IMG/VR virus record: IMGVR_UViG_3300048881_000441
Location: 1-61,095 of that record
Direction: 5' to 3' (one strand)
Source of the DNA: a virus
Taxonomy: Duplodnaviria; Caudoviricetes
Length of the DNA stretch: 61,095 bases
Numbering within the stretch: position 1 is the first letter of the stretch; every line of letters begins with the position of its first letter. The position numbers and the translations under genes were made by a program. Below the pieces are notes generated by a model. The model was not told the origin of the DNA, did no database searches, and worked only from the letters and a program-made list of their open reading frames with translations. Shown in pieces: positions 44,740 through 53,666 of the stretch.

Positions 44740-45462
44740 CTATGAGTTTAATCGTTTAGGATTGGATAAAATAAATATATCACCTTCTTCATCCCATTTT
44801 CCCCATAAATTTTTATAATGGCTCCTCATAACATTTAAAACTCTTGTTATGTGTTGAGTTTGATAACCGGAGATTTCTCTAAGTAAAATGTATAGTGCTT
44901 TTTTGTTAAAAATTTCAATGGAGCCTACACGACTCATCAACTCTATAATAGAAAGTGCAATTGTAACATCACGTTCTTTTTTAAAAATAATATTAAGATT
45001 TTCTTCCCAATAGTTAACAACGGCATCAAAGAAAGCTTTTTGTTCAGACCTTTCTACAGTTCCATCATCATAAGCTGTATTTTTTACATCCTTGTGTTTG
45101 AGATCTAAAACATCATTATGTGTTTTCATCTTTTTATAATTGTTGTTATTATGACAGATCAACCAATTTTTAACAACAACACTAAAGTAACTAAATGCTT
45201 TTCCTTTGCCTTGTTGATACTTCCCTAATCTGGTTATCATAAACGAAATTACTTCATGTTTTACATCTTCTAAGGGAATATCGAAATAATAAAACTTAAA
45301 TGTATGAATTATATTTTCTACTAATTTTTCAAAAGGTTTGCGTAGATGCTCATTATAAATTTGATTTTTTACTCTATGATCATTAGTATCGTTGTAAGCA
45401 ATGATAGCTTCTTCAGTGTCTAATGTAAAGTACATTCTTGTTTGTGACTTTTTCTTTGGCAT
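44740..45462 (-). CDS. Phage sigma factor (T4 gp55-like, region 2)
   Basis: KLVENII...EDVKHEVISF...KYQQGKGKAFSYFSVVVKN. Confidence 0.7.
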   Translation of the reverse strand: MPKKKSQTRMYFTLDTEEAIIAYNDTNDHRVKNQIYNEHLRKPFEKLVENIIHTFKFYYFDIPLEDVKHEVISFMITRLGKYQQGKGKAFSYFSVVVKNWLICHNNNNYKKMKTHNDVLDLKHKDVKNTAYDDGTVERSEQKAFFDAVVNYWEENLNIIFKKERDVTIALSIIELMSRVGSIEIFNKKALYILLREISGYQTQHITRVLNVMRSHYKNLWGKWDEEGDIFILSNPKRLNS

Positions 45463-45465
45463 TTT

Positions 45466-45726
45466 TTATTCCTCTGCTATAGTATCTAATTTATTTAAAG
45501 TTTCATGTAATGCTTTGAATATCGAGCCAACTTCATCATCAGATTCAAAAGCCCCTATTGTATCTAAATTTTTCATATCCTGAAGTACATCTTGTATTTG
45601 AAGATATGTTGCGTCAACCCACTGTTCTAATCTATCTGTCTTAGTATACAAATTATAAATTGTATAAATCATTACAATATCGATTACACAAAATAATACA
45701 AACAATGCTATGTGTATTTCTATCAT
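45466..45726 (-). CDS. Membrane-anchored hypothetical protein
   Basis: N-terminal TM; GAFESDDEVG. Confidence 0.7.
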   Translation of the reverse strand: MIEIHIALFVLFCVIDIVMIYTIYNLYTKTDRLEQWVDATYLQIQDVLQDMKNLDTIGAFESDDEVGSIFKALHETLNKLDTIAEE

Positions 45727-46487
45727 TTGAATAGATCCTTTAGCTTGTCTGTGTCTAAATCTTTTATTAACTCTTCCTCTTTAGTTTTCCCCTTCATATA
45801 TTTGGGGAAATCAATTCGCGAATCACCTGATAGCATAAATCTCTCCTTTTCTTGTCGTGCAGCAGAATTATCTGCAAATGATATTATAAGAGGTAGATTT
45901 GTCTTCATTGCTTTCCACTCTGCACCTTCCATATAATAAGATTTATTTGCTTCTGCATAAAGGCCATCAGCTAATCTAAGACCTAAATACTCTGATTCTG
46001 ACATTTCTATTCCAAACTTATTAAGGAGCCAAATCGCTCTATCAGTTACTGTCATGTAATGAATTGCAGGATTGTGTACATAATATTGTTGCAACTTTTT
46101 TGCACGCCACTCATCAGTATTTGTAATATAATAGTCTTCATCCATATTTCCTATCTTGCCCAAATCATGAAATAAAGCTGCGAATACTACAGACTCTTCT
46201 GTAATATCGTCAACATACATTTCTTGAGACTTGAATAATTCATAATAAGATTTTGACCATTGTATTATGTTTAGGACATGTGCAACATAACCACCTGGAA
46301 AAGCATTATGAAACCAACCTGTTCCTGAAGCAGGTGCTAGAATCATTCTATCTTTAAAGTGCTCATGTAACTCTTTTATTTTTTCTAATCTTTCACCATC
46401 AAATGTTTTATCAATGGTGCTTTGTAACTCATCCCAGTTTATACTGATCTGTTCTGCAGTTAATCTCATGCATTCTCCTGTGCCCAT
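45723..46487 (-). CDS. HD-domain phosphohydrolase (YhaM-like HD core); start probably MRLTAEQ at 46469
   Basis: APAS...HNAFPGGYVAHV...ALFHDLGK...AD. Confidence 0.85.
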   Translation of the reverse strand: MGTGECMRLTAEQISINWDELQSTIDKTFDGERLEKIKELHEHFKDRMILAPASGTGWFHNAFPGGYVAHVLNIIQWSKSYYELFKSQEMYVDDITEESVVFAALFHDLGKIGNMDEDYYITNTDEWRAKKLQQYYVHNPAIHYMTVTDRAIWLLNKFGIEMSESEYLGLRLADGLYAEANKSYYMEGAEWKAMKTNLPLIISFADNSAARQEKERFMLSGDSRIDFPKYMKGKTKEEELIKDLDTDKLKDLFK

Positions 46488-46981
46488 GGCATCTTAATAA
46501 TATTACAGCCTTCAAATTTATAAGGCTTGACATGTGTGGATTCTAAAATGTCAACTACATTAACAAATTTAGAATTCATAGTATCACGAACCTGATAAAT
46601 ACCATCTTTCTTGTCAGCCCCCTTAAGTAAAATATAGTCGCCGTAATCGAATGGTCCACCCCAACGTTTCAAGAGATTTCTAGAAAGTGCAACAAATTTA
46701 TATTGTGATGCCCTCTCTACTCTAATCCTTGTTCCGTCTGCTGTGATATCGGGTGTTCTATCTGTTTGCGGCCAAATTGGTTGATACATAGTAACGTCTA
46801 CTTCAATTCCATATTGGTAGAATTCATCTAGTTGATTTCGTAGTTCCTGTTTTTCATGAACTAGCGTTTCATAATAATTATGATAGATCGTTTTGTGTTT
46901 GTCCATAAAATAAGTAGATACGTAACCATTGATTATAGTTATTGTAATGACTGATAGAATATACTTGTTTAGATTTCGCAT
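46466..46981 (-). CDS. Membrane-anchored 3D/RlpA-like peptidoglycan-acting protein (start revised)
   Basis: VTMY...TDRTPDITADG...VALSR...YGD...VRDTM...VDIL; ATG 46981 has AAGGAG and a promoter motif upstream. Confidence 0.8.
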   Translation of the reverse strand: MRNLNKYILSVITITIINGYVSTYFMDKHKTIYHNYYETLVHEKQELRNQLDEFYQYGIEVDVTMYQPIWPQTDRTPDITADGTRIRVERASQYKFVALSRNLLKRWGGPFDYGDYILLKGADKKDGIYQVRDTMNSKFVNVVDILESTHVKPYKFEGCNIIKMPWAQENA

Positions 46982-47001
46982 GGCGTGCTCCTTGTTTATG
47001 A

Positions 47002-47036
47002 TAGAATCTAATAACATTTTAGTATACGCGTAAAGG
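47002..47036 (-). promoter_or_regulatory. Sigma70-like promoter CCTTTACG-N18-TAGATTCTA
   Basis: One of three copies (also ~53607-53641 and ~59272-59305). Confidence 0.6.
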
Positions 47037-47064
47037 TTTTTTTTATTTATTTTCATATTTTTTG

Positions 47065-47496
47065 TGGACCCGGGGAGATTCGAACTCCCGTCCGGCTTGC
47101 CATCAGCAATGAGTCGTTACAGCTTAGTTAGCTTCCATCGGTAGCAACTAACAAACAACCATGTGGATTTCTTTTGCAGAACATATCCTTTAACTGGCTT
47201 TTAGTTATACTCCAAATCACCAATGAGTTTGTGTTCAACTTATTTTATAACCGGGTGTTGAACAACCCAGTAACTTATGCCGCGTAGGAATAAGTTGGTT
47301 GGTAAGCCAGACCTGTATCTAGTACAGGAGCAGTACTGACATTAGCTGGTACATCATACTCAGCCATATGCCAATCTATTACCAACCCGTCTAGCGAATT
47401 ATCGCCATATTGGTTAGTGAACCTTTTGTCTCGAGTCTTGTTCAAACTCTGCTGCACTCAATTGTCAAAAAACACCCGTCGATACCGAGCGGGCCC
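47065..47496 (-). ncRNA. ssrA: tmRNA
   Basis: 5' GGGCCCG pairs with 3' CGGGTCC-A with a G3.U wobble; GGTATCGAC loop; T-arm GGGAGTTCGAATCTCCC; TGAGT/ACTCA and GCAGC/GCTGT helices; internal frame ending YAA-stop at 47275. Confidence 0.93.
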
Positions 47497-47503
47497 ATTT
47501 CTT

Positions 47504-47644
47504 TTAGTCGCCCCAATTCTCAGACCACTGGTCTATATCTTCTTCTGCGGCTCTTAAATCTTGTAATAATAAATCAACAGCATCCCAATCTTTATCTTCG
47601 TATGCTGCCTCTAGTCTCATAATAATTTCTTCAAGTGAAAGCAT
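47504..47644 (-). CDS. Small acidic hypothetical protein (start revised to MLSLEE)
   Basis: AGGAGG RBS just upstream of this ATG. Confidence 0.6.
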   Translation of the reverse strand: MLSLEEIIMRLEAAYEDKDWDAVDLLLQDLRAAEEDIDQWSENWGD

Positions 47645-47755
47645 ATGATTTGCCCCTCCTATTATATTTGACACTAAATATGGATAAGGTACTAAATTTA
47701 TTCTAGTTACTGTTGTACTTTTTGGGCTTGCTTCCCAAGGTAATATAACTTTCAT

Positions 47756-48013
47756 TTATGCTTCTGCTAATTGATAACTTAATTTAATGTTTTGATTTTT
47801 ATGTTTTGGTGCTTTAGTCAATGCATAATCATATATTAATGCAATAAAAACCTCTTCTGCTGTTTCATCAACAGACAACTCTTCGCCACCAGTTAAAGCA
47901 TCAAACATCGCTCTATTGGTTTGATAAAAATATTTTACTTCAAAACACAGTGATTCCCAATCAAGTATCGAAGGTTCACCCACAATATTATTTTCTAGTA
48001 TAGATGGTCTCAT
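47756..48013 (-). CDS. Hypothetical protein
   Basis: ORF in a tightly packed run. Confidence 0.65.
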   Translation of the reverse strand: MRPSILENNIVGEPSILDWESLCFEVKYFYQTNRAMFDALTGGEELSVDETAEEVFIALIYDYALTKAPKHKNQNIKLSYQLAEA

Positions 48014-48017
48014 GAGC

Positions 48018-48230
48018 TTATTTATTTTCCATTGAATCTAAAATATCTTGCATAGCAGTCCTATTATCTTCTGATTGTTTAACTTTTGCTTTTCTAATTT
48101 TTGTTATTCCTTTACCATTTATTGTTGGCATGCCGTGATCATCAACTCCAATACTTTTTACAGTAATTTTTTTATTTTTCCACTTACCAGTAAGTATCTC
48201 ATCACCAATATTAATATCTAATTTTATCAT
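48018..48230 (-). CDS. Small beta-rich hypothetical protein
   Basis: IGDEILTGKWKNKKITVKSIGVDDHGMPTING; ATGA overlap. Confidence 0.7.
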   Translation of the reverse strand: MIKLDINIGDEILTGKWKNKKITVKSIGVDDHGMPTINGKGITKIRKAKVKQSEDNRTAMQDILDSMENK

Positions 48231-48583
48231 TTCGCCATCCTATACATTTTTTCAGTATTTTTTTTTAATTCGTCAAGTTCTACATCCATACCTTTAAGTG
48301 TATCCTTGAGGTTACCAACTGGAATTCGTTTTGAAACAAAAGCCATTCTTTTCTTATCTTCTTTTTTAGATCCAAAGATAAATGAAGCAACAGGAAAATC
48401 TACTTGCTCAAATTCTAATTGATCATACCACGCCTCTGCTTTTCCAGATCCATACCCTAAAATTCTGGTGTCACCCCCAGGCAACCAACCAGTATCTGGT
48501 TCACCCGCATCTGCGTTGTATGAGCTTGGATTATTTGACACTTCAAAAAGGTTCTTCATGTTATTAAATATCTTCATCTTCAT
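48227..48583 (-). CDS. Hypothetical protein
   Basis: ORF in a packed run. Confidence 0.65.
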   Translation of the reverse strand: MKMKIFNNMKNLFEVSNNPSSYNADAGEPDTGWLPGGDTRILGYGSGKAEAWYDQLEFEQVDFPVASFIFGSKKEDKKRMAFVSKRIPVGNLKDTLKGMDVELDELKKNTEKMYRMAK

Positions 48584-48818
48584 TTAGTAACTCAATTGCT
48601 TCTTTACTCTCAGGTACTGTATCAGACATTTTCATAATTTTTAATTTTTCTTCTTCTAACTTTGCAATCCATTCAGATAATAGATCGATAATTTTATTCT
48701 TTGTTACATCATGATCATCATTATCTAATATTCTATCAACCCACTTTTTGTACATTGTTAAATAGCCAGATAACCACATAGCTATTTCTTGTCTTTCTTC
48801 GGGCCACGATTTTCTCAT
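48564..48818 (-). CDS. Hypothetical protein
   Basis: GGAG RBS. Confidence 0.7.
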   Translation of the reverse strand: MRKSWPEERQEIAMWLSGYLTMYKKWVDRILDNDDHDVTKNKIIDLLSEWIAKLEEEKLKIMKMSDTVPESKEAIELLNEDEDI

Positions 48819-48830
48819 TTAACTCTCCGA

Positions 48831-49265
48831 TTATTTCTTAAAAAGAAAAAATATTTTATACTTTAATTTTCTCATTATAAACATCATACTAATAAATACA
48901 CTTAAAATTTTATCTAAAACTATATTTTTTGAAGTGTATTCTATTGTGTTAGTGATCTCACAGCCTTCTTTTGTTTTCACAATATTGTATCTATTAGTCC
49001 AAAACTTTATGCCAAAAGGCAAATTATTCTCATTAATTACATGGAAATAATATAAGGAATCAGTTGAATTACACATCGCAATTTTAAAATGATATGTTTT
49101 AAAAAACCATGTGTACACACTAATTGTTGCTCTTCTTCTTATACCCTTAAACTTAAGTATACCGCATCCAAAAGGTAAAAGCTTATTCATAAGTTTACAA
49201 TCGCTGTCAAGAAATGCAGCTTTAATAACGTCCATCGGTTTATTAATTGAAACTTTAAATTCCAT
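48831..49265 (-). CDS. SRPBCC/START-like protein (tentative)
   Basis: VSINKPMDVI...LPFGIKFWTNRYNI...GCEITNTIEY plus a C-terminal helix. Confidence 0.5.
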   Translation of the reverse strand: MEFKVSINKPMDVIKAAFLDSDCKLMNKLLPFGCGILKFKGIRRRATISVYTWFFKTYHFKIAMCNSTDSLYYFHVINENNLPFGIKFWTNRYNIVKTKEGCEITNTIEYTSKNIVLDKILSVFISMMFIMRKLKYKIFFLFKK

Positions 49266-49266
49266 T

Positions 49267-49545
49267 TTATGCTACTTCAGCTTCTAGTTCGCAGTTTAAA
49301 TGATTTGTTCCTGATCCAATATAATCAAAATCTACTTCAAAAGTATTCTCTCCGCAGATTCCACATTCCCACTTCTCACTATTGAGCCACTCATCTTCAT
49401 CCGCTTCATCATACTCAGTATAACAACCCCTAGACTTTAGTGCAGCTACAATAAGATTTGTTATAGTTTCTCTTGCAGCTGATGAAGCTAAATTAATTTG
49501 ATCATTAGCAATATCACTAAGTACACCTTTTATTATATTTTTCAT
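49267..49545 (-). CDS. Hypothetical protein with CxxC...HxxC zinc motif
   Basis: WECGICG...HLNC. Confidence 0.65.
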   Translation of the reverse strand: MKNIIKGVLSDIANDQINLASSAARETITNLIVAALKSRGCYTEYDEADEDEWLNSEKWECGICGENTFEVDFDYIGSGTNHLNCELEAEVA

Positions 49546-49658
49546 TTTCCTTGACCTCGACTGGGTTTTTTAAATCTCTTGCTGCCAACTCTGGTACTAA
49601 ATTTTGTTCCTCTTCCGGAACCTTGGCGCGTCTTCTTTCCTTTTCCTACTTTGTACAT
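49542..49658 (-). CDS. Small basic protein, 38 aa
   Basis: MYKVGKGKKTRQGSGRGTKFSTRVGSKRFKKPSRGQGK*; TAAGGT RBS; overlaps both neighbours (TAATG, ATGA). Confidence 0.75.
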   Translation of the reverse strand: MYKVGKGKKTRQGSGRGTKFSTRVGSKRFKKPSRGQGK

Positions 49659-50098
49659 TATATTACCTTATCCCATGTTAATTTTTTTCTTTTTATATAC
49701 GCTTTTTTAGTTAACTTATCTTCATTGGTATTCCATACTGCCTTACTTAATAGTTCATTTAGTGGCTTATCCTCTTCACCAAATCTTGCATCGCTTTCCC
49801 ATAATACATATAGTGTTGTATTAAGTGATGCTGCTATTTCCTTCAATGTCAAATAGTCTTCTGTCAAGTTTACATCAGCATAAAGAACCTTTCCTACTAG
49901 CGGCATAAAAATATTAGAATTGTATACTACTAGATCTTCAACATGATTATTACTATAATCTAATTTTGATCCCAACATTCGTCCATCATACCAATCATAT
50001 GCAGCAAAATGCTTTTGTATTTCTATGACATTTGTAGCAGGTGCAAAGTCACTTGGATATACGCCTTCTAATTTAATAGTTTCAAATTTCATTTCCAT
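49658..50098 (-). CDS. Hypothetical protein, paralogue of 51196-51645
   Basis: Shared YPSDF, GRM, GKV, NLTEDY, LYVLWE, RFG, KAVWNT. Confidence 0.8.
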   Translation of the reverse strand: MEMKFETIKLEGVYPSDFAPATNVIEIQKHFAAYDWYDGRMLGSKLDYSNNHVEDLVVYNSNIFMPLVGKVLYADVNLTEDYLTLKEIAASLNTTLYVLWESDARFGEEDKPLNELLSKAVWNTNEDKLTKKAYIKRKKLTWDKVI

Positions 50099-50277
50099 TC
50101 TCCTTTTGCATATTTTATTAAGTCTTCTTGCTCTTCATGAAGACCATCAATTGTATTTAGATTTAAGTACCAGCTGCCACTAGTAGCTATGTAAGCTAAT
50201 ATTAATTCAGATAATTTATCATTTGGCACGTCAGTATTTCTCCACTCAGCCAAGATTTTTGTTAACAGCTTTTTCAT
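50089..50277 (-). CDS. Hypothetical protein
   Basis: ATGA-coupled. Confidence 0.6.
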   Translation of the reverse strand: MKKLLTKILAEWRNTDVPNDKLSELILAYIATSGSWYLNLNTIDGLHEEQEDLIKYAKGEWK

Positions 50278-50474
50278 TTTTCCTTCCTATGTTTTCCAAT
50301 ATTAAAAATTTTATCCCATCTATCTGACCACTCTTCTGAAGAAATCCCCATTCTTGGAACGTCTCCTTTGCCAGCATCAGATTTATCATGGAAAACTGAT
50401 TTGCTTTTTGGTTTTTCTTTTTTAGATTTTTTTGTCTTCTCTTTTTTATTCATCATCTTTTTCATAATGACCAT
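50274..50474 (-). CDS. Small basic hypothetical protein
   Basis: AGKGDVPR...RWDKIF motif. Confidence 0.6.
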   Translation of the reverse strand: MVIMKKMMNKKEKTKKSKKEKPKSKSVFHDKSDAGKGDVPRMGISSEEWSDRWDKIFNIGKHRKEK

Positions 50475-50718
50475 CTGGCCCTATATAATAATCACTATCA
50501 TCTTCTTCATTAACCAATTTTAATTTTACTTCAGATTGTAAATCTATAAATTGTAGTTGAGTAATTTCACCGATCTTTTTTTGTTTTTTATCTTTAGCAT
50601 CCCAACCTAAATTTTCAACTACACTATACGTAATTTCTGGGATTACTCTTTTCTTATTTAAATCTAGCGGTTCGTCCATTTTACTTTCAATCCCACAAAT
50701 TAAATAAGTGCTTTCCAA
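50446..50718 (-). CDS. Hypothetical protein (start probably MDEPL)
   Basis: ORF in a packed run. Confidence 0.55.
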   Translation of the reverse strand: MESTYLICGIESKMDEPLDLNKKRVIPEITYSVVENLGWDAKDKKQKKIGEITQLQFIDLQSEVKLKLVNEEDDSDYYIGPDGHYEKDDE

Positions 50719-51199
50719 TCAATTCAAATGAACGCTGAGAACTCTTTTTTAACTTTTTTAGTGATTCTTTATCTTCGTAATCGTAATCTTGAATTTTCTT
50801 TGCACATTCCAATCCGAATATAATTACATTCAATATATGTTCCCACCTTTGTTCTGCTAATCTATCTGCCTCATCAGTTGAATTTCCATCTTTATCAACT
50901 CCATCTTTCTTTCTAAACATTGATGCCGGCGTGCCGTGTTTATTGTTTTTCAATCTTTCTAACATTGGAATCAGATTATCTACTAACCAAGTATCAATAG
51001 ACCAAGCTGACCTATCAGACCAACCTCTACTTCCACGTTGATAAAACCATTTTGCTTCAGATGGGAAATCTTTAATGGCTTGAATGAATCTTTGAAATGG
51101 TATTGCAAAGTATTTATTATACCATTTTGCATTCTCTTTATCCCAGCTTGCAAATACTTCTTCTGTTAGTTCAAATGTTTCGTGTTCTTTATTTTTCAT
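50687..51199 (-). CDS. Hypothetical phage protein
   Basis: WFYQRGSRGWSD..WSID...HGTP...FELIGKHLFNLWD. Confidence 0.75.
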   Translation of the reverse strand: MKNKEHETFELTEEVFASWDKENAKWYNKYFAIPFQRFIQAIKDFPSEAKWFYQRGSRGWSDRSAWSIDTWLVDNLIPMLERLKNNKHGTPASMFRKKDGVDKDGNSTDEADRLAEQRWEHILNVIIFGLECAKKIQDYDYEDKESLKKLKKSSQRSFELIGKHLFNLWD

Positions 51200-51645
51200 T
51201 TTCTTCTTTTATTTTTATACCATTCTTTAGTTGGTTTAAGTTCATCCGTATTCCATACTGCCTTTTTAATCAACTCATCAATTGATTTATTCTCATCTCC
51301 AAATCTTCCATCCATTTCCCATAATACATACAATGTTGAGTTCAAAGATTGCGCGATGTCTTTCAATACTAAATAATCTTCAGTAAGATTTAAATCACCA
51401 TACCATACTTTACCATAACCTGGCATCAATACATTAGCATTGAATACTATTAATTCATCTGGATGTTGACTTCTATATCCCGTTTTACTACCGCCTATCA
51501 TTCTACCTTTATGAAAACTATATGCATCAAAATATTGATGTACTTCTTGTACTGATACTGATGGTTTAAAATCACTTGGGTACTCACCAGTTAATTTTAT
51601 TGTTTTGTCAATCATGTTATCGGACCTCCTACATATACTACCCAT
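51196..51645 (-). CDS. Hypothetical protein, paralogue of 49658-50098 (start probably MIDKT at 51615)
   Basis: See paralogue; AGGAGG RBS upstream of 51615. Confidence 0.8.
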   Translation of the reverse strand: MGSICRRSDNMIDKTIKLTGEYPSDFKPSVSVQEVHQYFDAYSFHKGRMIGGSKTGYRSQHPDELIVFNANVLMPGYGKVWYGDLNLTEDYLVLKDIAQSLNSTLYVLWEMDGRFGDENKSIDELIKKAVWNTDELKPTKEWYKNKRRK

Positions 51646-52283
51646 TTACCACTATCTAAAAGTGGTTTGGCTTTTTTGTATTTAATTTCTTTGTAATCTT
51701 TACCATCTGTGATACCAACGAATTCATTTCTTCCGTATGTTTTTTTAGTTACTATTGGTTTTGGCTTATTCTCTCTATCCATAATAGTCATGCCGCTTAA
51801 ATGATCTATTTCATGTTGAATACAAATGGCTTCTAGCAATCTTTGTTCCTGATCTTGCTTTGTATTTTCTTGTTCCCATGATCCCCTGCTTTCTTCACTA
51901 CTTTCCTCTCCACTAAAATACCAACCGCTTTCTTCTTGTTCAGTTTGTATTATTACATTTTTATATCGTTTGGTATGTATACCTTTCTTTGGGAAAGATA
52001 GACAGCCCTCAAAATAAGGAATCTCATCCCATTGTTCTGTAACAACAGGATTGATTAAAATAAGTGGTTCCCGAACATTAACAACAGCAACAGCAGCATC
52101 GATCCCAACTTGATTAGCAGCAAGACCAATGCCATCTTTTCTCTTAGCAAGGATTTTGAATAAATCTTTTGCGATATGTAAGCCTTCATCTACAGACACC
52201 TTTCTTAGTTTCTTATTTATGACTGGATTATTTTCTTTGAAACAATCTATTATATCATGTTGATGATATGAAAATCTAGTCAA
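51612..52283 (-). CDS. def: Peptide deformylase
   Basis: All three motifs: GIGLAANQVG, EGCLS, QHEIDHLSG. Confidence 0.96.
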   Translation of the reverse strand: MTRFSYHQHDIIDCFKENNPVINKKLRKVSVDEGLHIAKDLFKILAKRKDGIGLAANQVGIDAAVAVVNVREPLILINPVVTEQWDEIPYFEGCLSFPKKGIHTKRYKNVIIQTEQEESGWYFSGEESSEESRGSWEQENTKQDQEQRLLEAICIQHEIDHLSGMTIMDRENKPKPIVTKKTYGRNEFVGITDGKDYKEIKYKKAKPLLDSGKWVVYVGGPIT

Positions 52284-52470
52284 GTGTTTTCACCTCTTTC
52301 AAAGTGCCTAAGTGGGCACCTATTTTTTCAATATATTTTATAGCATCTGCTAAATTTTCAGCGAGAAATGTGTAACCTTGATCGGTTGTCCATCTTTTGT
52401 AATGGTTGAATTGATTAACTTTCTTTTTTGCTTTAGACAATATGAATCTCCTTTTTAAGTTCTTCTGCAT
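52276..52470 (-). CDS. Hypothetical protein
   Basis: Fills the gap before def; start uncertain. Confidence 0.5.
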   Translation of the reverse strand: MQKNLKRRFILSKAKKKVNQFNHYKRWTTDQGYTFLAENLADAIKYIEKIGAHLGTLKEVKTLD

Positions 52471-52789
52471 ACTCTATTGTATTTTCAGTTCCACCCTTCC
52501 TATCAGGTGCCACGAATGCGTAAAGTACATCCACATTCTCTGCAATTTTTTTATTTCTCGCATAATATGCCTTTGTAAACTCATATCGTGGACTACCACT
52601 TTTTGGAAGATCAGGAAGATATTCAACTATTTTTAAACCTTGCAATTTAGCATGATCTGTCGCCCACTTGTCAGGACCTTTGCATCCACCTGATATAACA
52701 ACTGTATCTTTGGGAAATGATTCTACTAGTTCCCAAATCTTCCAGTAATCTTCTCTACGACGACTTCCTACTATTCCTATGGATCTCAT
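52433..52789 (-). CDS. SLOG-superfamily (DprA/YspA-like) protein
   Basis: IGIVGSR...VISGGCKGPD...YARNKKI...GGTENTI. Confidence 0.85.
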   Translation of the reverse strand: MRSIGIVGSRRREDYWKIWELVESFPKDTVVISGGCKGPDKWATDHAKLQGLKIVEYLPDLPKSGSPRYEFTKAYYARNKKIAENVDVLYAFVAPDRKGGTENTIEYAEELKKEIHIV

Positions 52790-52958
52790 GTATGTAACCT
52801 TTTTCTTTGTCCTCTTTTAAACTCTTCAATCCGTATATTTTATCATAACAGCTTAAACATAGCTGTCCAGCACCTTCAACATAGCCTATTCTAAAATCTA
52901 TGTGATCTTCTTTATTATACAGTGATTCAGTTTCACAACTTACACATTTGTCTTTCAT
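52755..52958 (-). CDS. Small zinc-finger protein
   Basis: CVSC...YVEGAGQLCLSC. Confidence 0.75.
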   Translation of the reverse strand: MKDKCVSCETESLYNKEDHIDFRIGYVEGAGQLCLSCYDKIYGLKSLKEDKEKGYIHEIHRNSRKSS

Positions 52959-53449
52959 TTTCCAACCTTATGATCTAAAAAATCTTTTTGTTTTTTGATC
53001 GCCTTCTTTATTTCTTTCTTTTCAGCTGCAATACTTAATAGCTTTTTTTGTTCTGCTAATGATTTCTTTTCTTTGTTAGCTCTTTGTTTTGCTTTAATTG
53101 CATCAACGTCTGTAATTGGTTTGCTGCCTTTCAATTCTAGCTGCTCCACACCTTTGTGGTAGACGTTTCCCGTCTCATCTACAAATTCCTTCATCCACCT
53201 CCACCCACGAGGTTTCGAAGATGATGTAGAAGTCTTACCTGATGTACTAAATAATTTTAGTTTTTCTTTCTCACTCAATAAATTAATAGACATCTTTGTA
53301 AGACAATGTGAACAAACTACACCCAAGCTATCAGAATCCACATGCTCACTATGGCCGCAACCAATTGTGCTGCACATTGTCATTACCAATGTGGAACCAT
53401 CTGCAGGATTAAAATCCCTTTTTGATTTAACTGATCTTTTTCTTCCCAT
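52955..53449 (-). CDS. Zinc-ribbon hypothetical protein with basic tail
   Basis: CSTIGC...CSHC; KPRGWRWMKEFVD. Confidence 0.75.
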   Translation of the reverse strand: MGRKRSVKSKRDFNPADGSTLVMTMCSTIGCGHSEHVDSDSLGVVCSHCLTKMSINLLSEKEKLKLFSTSGKTSTSSSKPRGWRWMKEFVDETGNVYHKGVEQLELKGSKPITDVDAIKAKQRANKEKKSLAEQKKLLSIAAEKKEIKKAIKKQKDFLDHKVGK

Positions 53450-53591
53450 AAACTATTAATTCTAAATTTTTAATTAATATTGCTAAAGCTACTGTAACAA
53501 TGCAATCTTCATAAGGTAGTGCTAACGGATAATAGAAGTTCCATAAAACAACTAATAAAAACCATACAATCCAAATTAAAAATTTCCTCAT
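53427..53591 (-). CDS. Small two-TM protein, 54 aa
   Basis: MRKFLIWIVWFLLVVLWNFYYPLALPYEDCIVTVALAILIKNLELIVYGKKKIS*, directly behind a promoter motif. Confidence 0.65.
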   Translation of the reverse strand: MRKFLIWIVWFLLVVLWNFYYPLALPYEDCIVTVALAILIKNLELIVYGKKKIS

Positions 53592-53606
53592 TTTTTATTT
53601 CCATAT

Positions 53607-53641
53607 TAGAATCTAACACTAATTACCTATACATGTAAAGG
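53607..53641 (-). promoter_or_regulatory. Sigma70-like promoter CCTTTACA-N18-TAGATTCTA with A-tract
   Basis: Repeated motif; TG extended -10; poly-A upstream. Confidence 0.6.
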
Positions 53642-53666
53642 TTTTTTTTTATTTATTTTAACATTT

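Noticed and set aside
47065-47095. Stand-alone tRNA
   Set aside because: T-arm and acceptor strand pair with a 5' end ~430 nt away and there is no anticodon arm; it is the tmRNA 3' end.
47275-47457. 60-aa protein-coding gene
   Set aside because: Lies wholly inside the tmRNA and ends YAA-stop; it is the tag frame.
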